From: Cycas panzhihuaensis
Lineage: Eukaryota > Plantae > Cycadophyta
NCBI GenBank assembly: GCA_023213395.1
Contig: CM041465.1
Coordinates: forward strand, 160,711,741-160,775,740
DNA length: 64,000 nt
Direction: 5' to 3'
The notes beneath the pieces were generated by a model that saw only the letters and a program-made list of their open reading frames with translations, was not told the DNA's origin and did not search any database. Of this stretch, positions 1 through 15,200 are shown piece by piece. Both the position numbers and the translations under genes were made by a program. Numbering within the stretch: the first letter of the stretch is position 1; each line of letters opens with the position of its first letter.

Positions 1-459
1 AGAAGGATAATTAAAGGGCATGTTTATCAAGGTACTAATGATCACAAATTGATAAGAGGTTAAGCTATTTGATGGAGCTATTTGATATGTAAGAAAGAAA
101 GCAAACTTTGTTGAGCAGTATAGATCATTGCATGACTTATAAGGGTATGGTTTATTCATTGGTAATGATGCGGCATGAGTTGTGTTTTGGGCAATTAATT
201 GAGTGTGATGTGGTGTGTCTTGGCAATGTAATAGCAATATGTGGCATGTATGATCATTGTGAGATTTATGAGGCATTGATTTGGTGAAGTGTGTGTTTTA
301 GATTCTATGTGAGAAATGGATAAGGTGATGATGTGACGATGAAGTTAGTGATGTGAGAACATGAGACATAAGAAAGTTTGTTGAGATTGATAAGTAAATT
401 TATTGGTTAAAAGGGACATTGTTTGGAGGTACATTTACAATCATAGAGGAAAATGATAT

Positions 460-1774
460 GGCTATGTATGTTCATAAAATAAATGAATATTTTCTAAGGG
501 ATTCATTTCTTCTAATACCTAAGTGTAATGGAGAAGACCACTTTCTTTAGACAATTAAAATGAGATGCTTTTTCATAGCTAGAGGTTTATGGAAGCTTGT
601 TACTGATGGATATAATATCCCTAAGGATGAAGAAGAAAAGGAAATGCTTGAGAAGAAAGACATAAAGGCATTCATCATGATTCTTGTTGCATTAAATAAG
701 GTTGATCTTCCTTCTGCCTACCATTTTTTCATTCCTAAGATTCAACATGTAAGTACTGCTAAGGAAGCTTGGGATATTTTTAAGGGATGTATTTGAACAA
801 ACTCCTAAAGAGATACGACAAATTATTGAAAAGGTAATTAAGATTAGTGATGGTTATGATATAGGGAAAATGGATGAAGAAAGTATTATCAACATTGATA
901 AAATGACATGTCAAGATGAAGAATGCATGAGTACTAAAGAAATTTCTACTAGATGTAAAGAAACGATGGTTGAATGTATTGATGAGACTATAATTTCTAC
1001 TGAAGATGTTGAGAGCGATGAATCAATTAAGGTTTATTTAGATGGCACTATTATTTTAAGGGAAATTGAATATGAATTTGATGGTCCTATAAAGGATGAG
1101 TCTTATATTGATGATATTCTTGTTTTAAGTATTGATTCAAGTTCAAAGAGTATACAAGTCAATTCTACTCAAAAGAATTTTATTGTATATGGTGATCAAG
1201 AATTTATACATGATAATGATGACAAACAAGTTGTATTTGAAGATGGTTACTTAGAGGATCTACATCAAAATCAGACTAGACTAGCCATAATGAAGATTCA
1301 GGATTTTCACTTGCTAGAGCTGCTACAACAATATCACTATAGGATAGAAGATGGAAATCAAGTTGAGGACATCATCCTACAAAGGTATCAATACAGAATT
1401 GAAGATAAAAATTAAGTTGAAGACATCATTCTATAATAAAGACATCACTACAAGATTGAAGATGAGGATCAAGTTGAAGACATTATCTTTAAGACATTTC
1501 CAAGGACAAGGCGTTGTAAATACAAATGACCCAAATGTGCATTAAGGGGGAGTGTTGGAATATTAGTAATGTACATTTGTTTATCCCACATGAAAGTGGG
1601 TCGTACTCTCACGATCATGACATTTACTATAAATACATAACGAAGTGTATCATATGTAATCATGTTGTAAGGATGGTTTATTAATATAATTGAGGTACCT
1701 TAAGGGTATCGTTCGATCCTGTAGGTGTTTGTTCTATTTTGTGAATTATCTTATGCAAGTTATATTTTCTAATA
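460..1774 (+). mobile_element. 3' part of a non-autonomous/deleted Copia-type LTR element: gag N-terminal remnant, acidic low-complexity ORF, PPT and short 3' LTR
   Basis: ORF 560-796 (MRCFFIARGLWKLVTDGY...STAKEAWDIF) resembles a Copia gag N-terminus. No pol follows. PPT AAGGGGGAG at 1544-1552 is directly followed by TGTTGGAAT (1553). The LTR end (~1774, TTCTAATA) is approximate. Confidence 0.65.
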
Positions 1775-1844
1775 ATAATAACATAGGGCCAATCACAAGG
1801 TGATGTAGTGGCTCTCAAAGATGTAGTTTCATTATTTCTAGATG

Positions 1845-2285
1845 ATGCTTGAGCTAGAGCTCAAAGTGTGGCACCATAAGGAGAGGGAGGTGGTATTTCA
1901 TTTGATAGATTCCATAGCCCTTTATTCTATATCCATTCAAGACAGTATTTCATCTCATAGACAAGTCCAATAAAGTAGCTACCATAATAGAGACAATAGC
2001 CTAGATACTCCACTAATGAAGGGCAATGAAGCAACTTATTTTTCTTTTGAGCTTTACGTAAGCCATCTTCTTTAATCCATGAGATAAACAAAGCCTTCCA
2101 TGAATGTGATAAGTCTACAATGAGGCTAGTGTAGGAGTATGGAACCATAACCTATAGCCATAAGTACCATGAAATGGATATTAGCAAAACACTTAAAGGA
2201 GATATACAATAGCAAAGACCCCATCACAACTAAATCTAAGTGCTAGCACAGACGTCCTAGCATGAATCTCCATAGTTAGCTAGCT
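1845..2285 (-). pseudogene. LPCAT: Degenerate intronless fragment of an MBOAT lysophospholipid acyltransferase (LPCAT/LPLAT1-like)
   Basis: Minus-strand translation gives LLYISFKCFANIHFMVLMAIGYGSILLH*PHCRLITF, then KEDGLRKAQKKNKLLHCPSLVEYLGYCLYYGSYFIGLVYEMKYCLEWI*NKGLWNLSNEIPPPSPYGATL*ALAQA. This is colinear with plant LPCAT as recalled (EGLREAQKKNRL..PSLIEYFGYCLCCGSHFAGPVYEMKDYLEW..PSPYGAT). Stops and a frameshift are present. Confidence 0.85.
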
Positions 2286-3200
2286 AAAATAGTCACTACA
2301 ATAACACTAGAAATTGAGGAGGAGTTTGTCTCTCAGTTATAAAAGATTATGCTTCCTGAGGATCAACCATCTAAGGAAACACATAATGCCACCTTATTGG
2401 AAGAAAAAGGTGCATCAACATATGCTACAAAAGCAATGAATGGACTGGTCAAATCTACAAAACAATAGTGCCCATACAAACTCTAATACTTGCATGATGC
2501 ACTCATGGCTAATGCCCTGCAATCTTTGTAATCTCATATCCATGTCAATATTCAATGATAAAATGCATATGACCACCATCATAGCTGGTACCTTCAGCTA
2601 CTTTGCCTAGAACACATGATCGTAGATTCATGTATGGCCATCCTTTACTTGCAATGATGAATATAAATCACTCATAGTGGTGGCCCTCCATCACTTAGAA
2701 TTTTTCTTTTTTTGGAACCCTAACATTTTTAGGGTTATAATATCTTTTTGGAATATGTTTATTTTCATGGTGGTGGACGTCAAATTATTTAAAAAATGAT
2801 TTTTTTTTTTTTTTTGTTTTAAAATTAAATTAAATTATATTGGATAATCATTTCAAATCTGCTAGCCCACCTTGTGCTTCAACCCTTAGTTACATGGCGG
2901 GCTTATATGACCGGCTTGTGGAAGGGGCTATCCCCCAATTTTAGCTTTCATATTGAGTTCTTTTCATATTTTTGATGATATCTTAAGCTATAAGATACTG
3001 CTTTTGCTTTCGTTTGTTGCATTGGATTTGTAACAGAGAGACCTTTCCATTGGCAAGTCATTTGATGATTTTTGGAGCTATTTTGATGTAAAATTTTTAG
3101 TTTGAAGTTTAAACTTTCTGATAAATCTTCATCTTTTATCATTTTTTCAGCTTCTTCAAGCACTTTCATGCAATTTTTAAGGTTCCATGATATTTTTTGA

Positions 3201-6200
3201 TGTAATATACCCCAAATGGGGGGATAAGATATACTAATGATCAGTTTTTGGCTCTTGAAGAATCTATTATGTTCATTTTATACTTTATTTTATGAGAGAG
3301 TGTCATGTATACTTTACTCAAGTTATATCTATCATTTTTTAGTCATGCAAAAATATTTATTATTGGTTATTTTGCCTATGGTGGTAAGTTGTATAGCCCA
3401 AAGAGGTATCTTTTAGTCCATGAGGCATATTTGAGGCCACAGTACCATTATATTTCCAGTCATTAGATGCTGAAGAAGTGATAGTCCTATTGAGCAAGAG
3501 GTAGGACACACTTTTAAAGCTACTCTTGCCTGCCATGTGCCAACTATATATTTTTCTACTTACACTCTTATATGAGCAAGGGGTGGGACCTTTTTCCAGC
3601 TACTCTTGTCAACTCCTAATTGATCCACATACGTAAAGGGAGTTCCTACCCAATTAACAGTTGCAGCAGCTGAGGACCCATGCATTCCAGTAGATAGACT
3701 TTGCTTCATATAGACATTAGTAGTTTTTATTCAGGTGTAGCAACATTTGTAATCCAACAGACTTTCGAAGACTCAAGCTTATCATTTGATGTGATAATAT
3801 TTTATGTAATTGACTATTACAAGGGGAAATGCTAGGTGTAATACCTAATTACATTAACCTTATGCAAACTCTCTCTATTTCTTATATTTTTATATTAGAG
3901 GAAGTGGGTCACTTAGATATGTGTGCCACCTATAAGTTCACCAATGGGGTTCTCTCACTAGTGGTGAGTTTGTATTATAAGTATGTACTCTTAATTATCT
4001 CTAATTGAATTTTGGCCAATTCTCCACAAATTATATTTATTATTATACATACTTCATCTCTTTTATACTTTATTGTATATCATTCACTCACCATTAGATA
4101 TTTATTATTTAGTTTTGTATTTCTAATTTTAACAGGATCATGATGATATTAAAGCTCAATTTTTTTCCACATTATGAGGAACAATAATTACTTGGTTCTA
4201 ATATATGGTGATGTAAAATTTATCTTAGGATTAGTTGCAAGAGTAGTTTTTGGATCACTTCTAAAAATTAAGAGATCCAATGGTAATATTCCAAACCTTA
4301 GAAGAGATAAAATAATACCCTAGAGAATCTGTGAATGATTTTGACAAGTGAATGAGAATAATAATGAATAAGATGCAACTAGCAATAATAATAAGTCCTA
4401 TATTGGTGATGAAATATTTTGTATAAGGATTAATACTATAATTGAGAGATAATATCATATTGCACTTGATGCATAATTATAAATAAGTATGGGAGATAGC
4501 TTTAAAATTTAAAATTCAAATGAAAACAATATACTCTTAGATGGCAATATATCAAGCTCTTCAAATAGGACTAACCTTCTCTCAAGTAGGGGAAGGAGAA
4601 TAATTGAGGCTGATGAATGGTAATATAGATGCCTAAAATAGGTACATACCTAAAAATTAAAGCCTTAAAAAAAGAAGTAGAGGCATTGAAGCAACAATCA
4701 TTAGTATTTGTACTTACAAATATGTAGCAAAATTAAGAAGTAGAAAAGCTACATATAGAATTAGCTCAATTACACTTGTAAAAACCTAGAGACAACATTT
4801 TGTGTTCTCCAACTTGTAATCAACAAGGACATCTTAAAAATGAACATACAAGTTCAATAAGATGGTGCGAATATTATAGAAGAAATAACCATAGTATATG
4901 GGAATACTTTTCCCAACTGATAGATATAGATGGTGAAGTCCATAATGTATTCTTTCAAAAAATGGAATGAGGATTGGGAAAGTAATATAATGGAAAAATA
5001 AAACTAGTTTATTATTTTTTATACCAAATATGGGGACATTTTAGATTAGACTAGTCATAGAAAGGTGATAACTTTATCTACAAAGAATGTAGACTAGTAG
5101 ATCACAAATGGGTAAATTGTTTAAAGAATACTTAACTCCAAACTGTTAATCTGGTTATAATCATTCTAGATAAAGAGATACTAGTATATTTATAGACTCG
5201 AAGTAGTAACATGACTATAATACAAATTTAGAATAGTCTTCTACATCTAGTAATTAAACAACAAAGACTTCAAGATGCAATTAAAATTCTTTAAGATGCC
5301 ATAAGTGAAGCATAACATAAAGAGATTTAACATGAGTAACAATTTAAAGGGTAAACTTATAAAAGAAGAATAGATCTTGAAGCACCCTTTTCTAGTGACA
5401 TAGATATGAACCCCTGGTAGAGACTCCAAATTGTGAAGGATTTGCTTTTAAAATTAAGAGTATCCATTCCCATTTCTACAATCTTTAATAGTTAGAGGTT
5501 AGTTATTTCTAATAAATAATCCTAGATCATATTGAGAAGCTAATAATGAGGGCAATTAAAAATAATGAGATAGATCTTAGAGTTTCAATGGTTATCCTAT
5601 GAATGACTTTATGTAAAATAATCATGGATGGAGGATAGAGAGTTAATGTATTACTTAAATCTTCTTAGATAGATATGGGAATGTGGGAAGTGGTTATCTT
5701 ATATTAGTTAATTAGATTAACTAACCAACTTTAGGATTAGATCAATGGGGACATTGATTAATGTTCTAATCACTATAGCTAGAATTATAATTTTAATGGA
5801 TCTCGTGATAGTTTGGATGTGGATCCAAAGGAAATCCTAATCTTGCATTACTAAGGAAGATTGTGGCTTTTGGAAACCAAGGCCATTAAAGACTAGGGGA
5901 ACTTTACTTTTACACTCTCAGTGGACAATAAAGTTATAACTATGTTGTTATGCTCTGATGGGCCTCAAATTAAGAAGATTGAAGATAAAGAAAGAGATTT
6001 ATCCACAACTGCTAAGATAGAACCTATAATAAGTCCTTACTTAGAAATGACATATTAATCACATTCAAAGTTACCAAGAAGTATGTCATCTTCCTATATG
6101 ATGAATTGGCTCCAAAATACATGGGACTAAGCCAGACCAGCTTCTCACTACACACTAGAATTATGTCCTGACTCTCTAGATGATGAATGAATGGAAGATA

Positions 6201-9200
6201 CTTCAACCAAAACTACCTTAAATTCTCTAAGATAAGGCATAAGTACGGTGGGACTTGTAAGATTCCAAAGGTAACTTAGAGACTTTTAATGAAATTTCTA
6301 AGAATTTACCAAAATTTTCAGGCCATTTGGGCTAAGAAGAAAAAGATATAAAACATTATACTCAAATTTTAAAAAATAAAGGCCAAGAAGAATTTTGTTA
6401 TTCCTTATTTCCATTGTCCTTAATAGGACAAGTATTTTCATGGTATGTTGCCCATGTTGATAATTTTAAATCTTAGAATGAATTGAATGAAAATTTTCTA
6501 ATTAAATTTAGAGATAAGGAATAAAATTGCCAATGTTTTGGAATGGTGGGGATCCCAAAAATCATGTAAAAAAATGTATAAATAACTAGGTCAAAAATCA
6601 GACTCTAAAAACTAAATGGGTGTAAAGGTGGGCCCAAGCTTTCAAGGGAATTTTAGTAGTACAGTATCACCATTACAAATAAATGAAATTAGTAGATTAG
6701 GAATTATTGTTTAAGAATTTTTATAGGACCTTCACATACCATAGTGAAGATAGAGGAATTCAAAAAAATTTAACCAACCTTAAAATAAAAATGATGGAGG
6801 CCAATGAAAGTTATCTTTAGACATAAGTTATAGAATCCAAATCTAGAAAGTATTCAGTTAAAGATAAAGAAAACACATAAATTTCCACTAGATTACTCCA
6901 TTGTGGATTATGGAGAATGGATGATCAATCAAACTCTAGCATATATATTGAGCTAAGATAAAAAAATAGTTCAAAGTGAACAATTAAAAATCAAACAAAT
7001 TGATGTCAAAACAGAAGAGCAACCTCAGATGATCTACATAGGGGATTACTGGGATGCAAAGACTATGAATTAGGCCACAACACTATTTTTAGAATATAAG
7101 GATATCTTCAATTGGTTATATAAGGATCTGAAAGGTATACCACCAGAATTAGGAGAACATTAGATAAAAATAGTAGAAGGAGAAAAGCTTTTTTAACAAT
7201 GACCCTACATAATGAATCTTAATTATAAAGCAAAGGTAAAAGCTAAACTAGATAAATTATTAAAATTTGGTTATACTTTTGAAGTTGAAAATAGTGAATG
7301 GTTTAGTCTAGTAGTGGTGGTCTTGAATTAAAATATGAAGCTCAAAGTTTATATAAACTATTGAGCCCTTAATAAAGCAATGAAGAAAGATCCTTTTCTA
7401 ATTTCGTTTACCAAAAGCATATTAGAAAAAGTAGCAAGACATGAAGTATATTCTTTTATAGATGGATTTAGTGGATACAATCACATTATGATTACCCCAG
7501 AGGATTAGTTGAAGAAAACTTTTGTCACTGAATAGGGAACTTATGTATATAGAGTCATGTCCTTTGGGTTGACTAATGAACCAACCACTTTTTAGAGAGT
7601 AATCCTGAACACATTTCTATAGACTATTAGAAAGATAATTGAAGTGTTTTTGGATGATTGGATAGTTTATACTTTGCTAAAAAATCATCTTAAAATTTTA
7701 CAATTGATGTTAGAAACATGTAAAATGAGTAAATTATGTTTAAATCTAGCTAAATATATATTTATGGTTTTATTTAGATCCTTATTGGGACGTGTGGTGA
7801 TGAAGGATGGGTTAGAAACAATGTCATAGTAATTTTAAAATTTCCTATACCAAAAACAATAAAGTAGGTAAAAGGATTTTTGGGCATGATGGGGTATTAT
7901 AGGAAATTCATTAAGGAATATACTCACATAGCTAATCCCTTAAAAACCTTGTTAGAAAAAAAAAACTATGTGGTAGTGGGAATTGCAACAATAGTTTATG
8001 TTTGATCTACTAAAGAAAAATATTATACAAGCATCTATTTTAAATTCTTAAATTAGGATAGACCCTTTCATATGCATATTGATTCTTCATAACTTACCAT
8101 TAGGTGTGTATTGGCTCAACCGGGAGATGACAATATAGATCTCCCTATTTATTTTTCTAGTTAAAAATTGACACAGGTGGAGCAAAATTACTCAGTGATA
8201 AAGTGAGAAGGCTTAGGTATAGTTTATGCGTTACAAAAGTTTAGATATTATTTATTGGTTAATCCATTTATTTTCTTTGTAGATCAATAGGCTCTTCAAT
8301 ATTTGGTAAATAAGCTAATTCTACAAGGAAGGATCAATAGATGATTGATGTTATTCCAAGAATTTAACTTCAAAATCATTGTAAAGAAAGGGGAGAAACA
8401 CATTGTGCTTGACTTACTATCAAGAGAAGCAAATAAGGAACCCACTACGAGAATATATGATGATTTCCCAAACACTAAATTATTATCTATTGAACTATTA
8501 TTAAGATGATATGAAGGGATTATGGAATACCTCATTACAGGTCATACACTAATTAGGCTAAAATGAGAAAAAAGACAAAGTTTCACTTGAAGAACATTCC
8601 CATTCTAATTGGTACAATGAATGTTATATAAACTTGGACCAGATGAAAGTTTCCAATGATGTATACTAGAACATGAGGTGGAGGTAGTAATAAAGAAAGC
8701 CCATGAAGGGATGGCATTAAGACATCAGAGCAGTGAATCAACAACATGAAAGATTTTGCTTACAAGATTATAGTGGCCAATGCTATTTGAGGACACTAAG
8801 AAATGGGTTCAAAGTTATGACATCTGTAAGTGTATGGACAAGCCAGGAAAATGCCACTCCATGCCCTTATATTTGATCTTAGCTTGGGCTCTATTTAAAT
8901 AATGGGGACTATATTTCATAAGACCTATTAGTCCTTTGGCCAAACAAATAAATGTAAGGTATACTCTAGTTACCACAAATTTCTTAAAATGATAGAAACT
9001 TGACCTATGAGAACTTATAACTCTCAAAGTACAACTAGATTATTATATTGTTCATTTCGATTTCCCCTTAGAAATAGTGTCAGATCAAGGTGGTAGTTTT
9101 TTAAATAATACTAAAGCATTTTATAAATAGATTTATGATCTAATATTATTAGTCCTTTCTTTATTATCTTAGGGCTAACAAATAAGTAAAAAGTACTAAG

Positions 9201-9295
9201 AAAAATTTGAAATTAGCTTTGTCTAAAATTTATAGTGAATAAATGATCAATTGGGCAAAATATTTATATTTTGCCCTTTAGGTAAATATAATAAT
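3201..9295 (+). mobile_element. Decayed Ty3/Gypsy non-chromovirus retrotransposon, 5' portion (putative LTR, gag with CCHC knuckles, protease, RT, RNase H, integrase N-part)
   Basis: Degenerate PBS TGATATTAAAGC at 4144. Knuckle remnants at 4800-5120. Protease IMDGG at ~5623. RT YKDLKGIPPELGEH..KKDPF..YSFIDGFSGYNHI..VFLDDW at 7100-7830. RNase H at 8040-8430. Integrase zinc finger and core at 8690-9290. The order RT-RH-INT is Gypsy. The 5' boundary is uncertain. Confidence 0.85.
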
Positions 9296-12200
9296 TGTAG
9301 AAGAGAGGTAACATGTACAATCTCAGTAGGATCAAATAATTAACCATACACAAGTACCAAATGACATTACACATGTACACATATTTGGTAAGTAGAAAAC
9401 CCCTTCTAGGGAAGAAAAACCACCTCTTTAATTTATAAATTTATTGACTAAAAAACTTTACATAAAGGCTTGTCATAATTACCATCTACATACTAAACTA
9501 GGATGGAAACCAGCCTTCAGATAGGCTTATGATAGCCTCCTAGATTCCTGGAACCAATTCCTAGAATCTAAGAGAGACTATTTAAAGAATAAGAGGTTTG
9601 TTGAAATGGGCAGTTGTTCATTTCAGTGACCTTTATATAATAAATAATAATTAACATAAACTTTATAAAATAAACTTTAATAACTTACAATTACAATATT
9701 AACATGTGACATAAAGCTAATATTAATATTTTTAGCATCCCCCTTTAATGTTAGCTTTTATATAATATAGAAGATAAATAAGGTCTTCATCATGTTGATC
9801 CCCCTTTGATGGAAACTTCTTTTATCTTTAACAAATCTCACAAGTTTAAAAACTTGACTTCAATAAATGATTTTGTAAAAATATCAACAACCTATAGATC
9901 TATAGGACAATAAGATAAATAAATAATATTATCAGTAATAAGATTATGAATAAAATATTGATGCAATTCTATGTGTTTAGTTTTAGAATGAGCAACTAGA
10001 TTGGTAGAAATAGCAATAACACCTTGATTATCAACTTTAAGTTCTATACAAGAGTCAGGAAACAGACCAATTTTATTTAAGAGAGATTTGATCTAAAGTG
10101 ATTCTTTGCTTGCTTCAATGAGTGCTCGATATTCAACTTTGGTTGTTGATAGAGCTAGAGCCTATATTTTTTACTAGACCATATGATAGGTGAGGAATCT
10201 AGAAAAAAAAAAAAACTTGTTGTTGACTTATAATCATTTGAGTCACCTGCCCAATTTGAATCAGTATACCCTATTAAGGATAGATAATTACTACAGGAAT
10301 TATAAGTTAGACTATAAAAAATACTATTTTGAAGATATCGAAGAATACGTTTAGTAGCTTTCTAGTGTGATTCATGTGGTTTTTTTATATATCGCAAACA
10401 TAAAGCAACAACATAAGATATATCTGGTCGAGTATAAGTTAAGTAAATAAGGCTTCTAATAAGTTATCTATATAAAGTTGGATCAGACAAGGGTGTGGAA
10501 TAATCAGTAGATAAATTTACTCATGATTGTAAAGGATTATAAACTGGTTTAGCATTTTCCATGTTAAACTGTTTAATTAAGTTTAAAATATATTTTGGTT
10601 GAGATATGGTTATTTTAGAATTATGTTAATAAATTTATAATCTGAGAAAATAGTGTAGAAGACTTAGATCAGTCATTTCAAATTTATTCATTAAGGTTGT
10701 TTTTAGTTATTGAATGTTATTGTTTGAAGATCTTATGATGATGATATCATCAACATACAGGATTAATATGGTAAGATTTTTATTTTCACATTTGAAATAG
10801 AGATTTAGATCACTGATATATCTAGTATATCCATTTTGAGTAAGATAATTATTTATTTTTATGTACTAAGCTCTAGGATCTTGTTTCAATCCATAGATTG
10901 ATTTCTTTAGTTTACGAATTAAATTAGGATTGTTGAAAGAACCAGGTGGTTGAGTCATGTAGATCTCTTCTTTGAGATCATCATTTAGAAATGCGCTCTT
11001 GACATCCATTTAATGGATTTCCCATCTGAATTTAACTGCTAGAGCAATAATAATTTTAATAGTATTCATCTTTACAATAGGGGCAAAGGTTTTATTATAG
11101 TCTATACCATTGATTTGAGAGAATCCTTTCATAACTAGGCAAGCTTTGTGCTTTTCAACAGTGCTTGTTGAATTGTATTTAGTTTAATAAACCCATTTAT
11201 AATCAACTATATTTTTCCCTGGTGGAAGTGGAACAAGGTCCCAAGTTGAATTCTTGTTTAAAGCATCAATTTTAATTTACATGGCTTGCTACCATACAGG
11301 ATTGTTGCTTGCTTGTTTAAAAGTTCTAGGATCATTGCTGGCTATTATTTTAGCTATTAATATATAGTTAGCATGTAAATTTTAAGCACAAGTTCTCCTA
11401 GTATCTGAAGGATTACCTACATCAGATCTAGCATTGGATAGTATTTTCTTTACCCATACGGGTTGTTTGTTTGTAACAATTTCTGTAGTTATAGGTTGAG
11501 ATGAGGAACTAGCTTGAGAAGAAGGATATATTGTGGTGGGTTCAGATAGAGTCTAATTCTAGACTTGTGCGGATTCTATAGTCTCAGGGTCAACTTATTT
11601 TTCAGAGCAGTCAACCAAATAGGTGTTAGTTAACAGATTCTTAATAGGAAGTTTTACATAAGTGGAGGTTGAAGAGGATTCTTCTTCATCAAATATTATA
11701 TCACACAAAATTGATATTTTATGCATGATTGGATCTAAAAGTCTGTAAGCTTTACTTTCTTTGCTGTATCTAACAAATATGTATTTATGACTTTTAGGAT
11801 CAAGTTTCTTACATTTTTCTTTAGGAATGTGTCCCCATGCAGTACTTCTAAAATTTCTCAGATGTTTAACTGAGAGTTTTTGTCCAAACCATTTTTGTTC
11901 TGGCATAACGTTTTGTAAAGATTTACTAGGTAAATAGTTTAAAAGATAGTTGGAGTAAGTAATTACTTCTATCTATAACTTTAAGTCAAGACTCTTTGAA
12001 TGTAGCATGCATCGAGTCATTTTGATAAGAGTACAATTTTTATATTCAACAACACCATTTTATTGAGTGGTATAGGCAATAGAGTGCTGTAATTAAATTT
12101 TGTATTTCTTACAGAAGGAAGTAAACTTATCACTTAGGTATTCTTTAGCATTGTCAGATTTGAAAATTTTAATCTTCAAGTTTGATTGATTTTCGACAAG

Positions 12201-15200
12201 TGTTTTAAATTCAATGAAGATGTCAAACACTTGATTACGAGTCTTGAGTGTGTACACCCAACATTTTCTCAAAATATCATCAATAAAAGTAATGAAATAA
12301 AGACAACCAAAGTATGAGGTTATATGGAACGATCCACATATATCAGAGTGAATAAGTTCAAGTAGAACTTTCACTTTGAATTGAGTTTGATGTGAAAAGG
12401 TATCTATGTGTTGCTTACCTATTACGCATGCTTTGCAAACACCATAGACAGTAGTTAAAGGTGGAAGACGATGAACCATGTCATGTCTTTTTAGGTACTG
12501 AAGTTTACCATAACTAGTATGGTTGAATTGTTCATGCTATAATTTATTGACTGGGTCAGATTTGGCTAGAAAAGAACTAAAGGACTTTGTTTTAGTATTT
12601 TGTAAACTAGTTAAGCTATAAAAACCTATTTTATGATCAATAAGTCTAGAGGCAATAGATTTGAATTTATTTAATGGTTCTTTAATAATAAATTTATCTT
12701 TCCAGAATTTGACAACAAGGTCTTTCTAGGAGATTTAGTAAACAGAGAGAAGATTTAGTAACAAACTAGGAACATAGAATACATCCTTGATTGAACCATC
12801 TTCCAGAGTAACATTACCTAATCCTTTCACTTTAAGTTGGGATCCACTCCCAAAAGAAATCTCTTCTTCAGAGTTAGTATCAGATTAATAAGTGGATAAA
12901 TTCTCCTGGTGTCTTGTCATGTAATGGGAAGCACCAGAGTCAAGAATCCATTGAGATGATTGATTAAATAGAGTAACAAATAAAAACGTTATTGATATTA
13001 AAGAACAATTATGGGACTGTGGTTGGGTTTGTAGTTGGGATTATAATCCCTTAGAAGCTTTCTAAGCTTCTTAAACTATTCCACTTTTGCAAACGTCAAT
13101 AGTGTGGCTTTTTTTATGGCAATATGCACAACTAATATTTTGAGAAAGATTAATAGTGTTCCATTTTGGAAGGGATTGTTTAGAAGTATTCTAATATTTA
13201 GGTAGACCAGAATACTTAGTATTGTTTTGAGAACTAGGAGGTAGACCTCTATGAGGTTTCTGAAATTTTATATTATTATTAAAGTTGTTGTGATGTTTGG
13301 TTTTATTTTGAGACTTAGATTTGGATAAGAAAGCCTGAGAAGGATCTTTCAAGTTACCTATTTGAATTAATATCATTTGATATTCTATCAGTTGGTTTAT
13401 CAACTGATTAAAAGTTATTAGAGGATTGCCAGCTTGTTGTCTAGCAGTCTTGAAAAGATTAAAATATTTTGGTAGTTTGTTTATCGTAAGATAAACGAGT
13501 GTATTGTTGTATTTAACATGTATGACTATTTGTTCTTCATCACCTACTTTAATTGTAGTTTTAATACAATTGCTTATATCTTTAGTGATGAGTTGAATTT
13601 TAGATAAAAAGTCTTCGACTTTGGAAAAAGCATCATAAATCAGGTCATACAATTACTGTTCTAGGACAACTAATTATTATGTGTCGACCTTATCATATTT
13701 CTTCTTAAGAGTATTCCATATAGTGGCTAGATCATCTATATTAGAGAACTACTAACTTATTTTTAGTGAGAGTGAGGTCAGGATGGTGCCTAGGGCTATA
13801 TCAGAGTTCATCAGATATGCCGTATGGCTTTCTAAAGTTATATCTTTTGGTTTTTTAAATTCACTTGTTACATATCACCATATCTTATGTTGTTTAAGCT
13901 GATAGGAAATGTGATTCCTCTAGTCAGCATAGTTTGAGAAGTTTAAAACTAGAATCAGAATGTAGGTGGTTGTCCCTGGCATTAATACCATATTAGGAAT
14001 TGTAAATATTAATTAAAAGTCTATTTAAATTTAAAAAATTTAGAGAATTTACATGAAGAAGTATAGGTGATAAACGTCACATAAAAAAATACTAAACATC
14101 AGTGATTCTATTAATATTTTACAAATATGTTTAATTGAATGATAAGAAACTGAAATTTATTGTTATTAAGTTTGTTTGGATACCCTTGCCCTAGAAAGAA
14201 AAGGAATTAAATGTTCTCCTTTTCTAAAAAAAAATGTTAATAGTCATCCTTGTTGTTTAAAGAAATATGTTTGAAAAATAAGTTACTTATTCAAATATTA
14301 AACAAAATAATAATAAGGGTGTTATGTAGACTAATTACCCTTTAGTTATCTATTTAATGACAAAACGAAAATTTTAAATAAAGTTTTAAATAGTCCTCCT
14401 TTAGAGGAGGGGAAGGAGTTGCTCACTCAAGATGACTTTCTAAAGTATTTAGAGATAGGGATAGAAGAGGTACTAGATAAATTTATACTAAGTGATGAAA
14501 TGAAGGCCCAGAGTATGATTTATAATGATGAAGCTCAATTAAACATAATTAAGGCTATTAGGATATCTATCATTGTTGAGTTATTGAACTAATAGTTAAT
14601 CCCATAGTTTAAATGTGAACTAGAAAAAGAGTAGTAATAGCCAATGAATGCATAGCTCTAATAGGCTAATAAGACATATTAAGCCATTATAACTATCCTC
14701 ACTCTTTAATAATAGTTAAATAAGGTCATATTATTATCTTAGTCATTTTAAAAGATTAAATGTTTAATATAATAAGGGGGGTTAATGTTAACATTAAAGT
14801 GTAGTAGTGGGGAGGGGGGGGGGGGGGATAATCATTAACAAATTAAATATAATAAAGAAAAGTTTGGTGATTATATTAAAGGGTATTTTGATTAATAAGG
14901 GGTATAAATTACTTTAAATAAAAGAGCGTATTAATAATTTAATAAATTTAGTGTAATAAGGGAGGGATTATATCAAAATGTAGTAAAAGGGGGTTTTAAA
15001 TATTAGTGTTAAAATATAGTAAAGGGGGCTCATGTTATTATTGATTGAATTAAATTAAATATCTATAATAAGACGGACCCAACTTCGCTTTAAACCAAAA
15101 AATAGATTGAATTTATTTTTTAAAAAATGGGCTACATTATATGAAGAACGGACCCGACAGATTTATAAAAAATGGGAAATCGTTTTTGCGTTTGTAAAAA

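Noticed and set aside
6257-6677. Solo LTR or MITE inside the Gypsy protease-RT spacer
   Set aside because: TG...CA ends can be drawn but there is no matching TSD or partner copy.
13978-14000. Second PBS/LTR junction (rc TGGTATTAATGCC)
   Set aside because: It coincides with the gag start codon region and no matching LTR follows.
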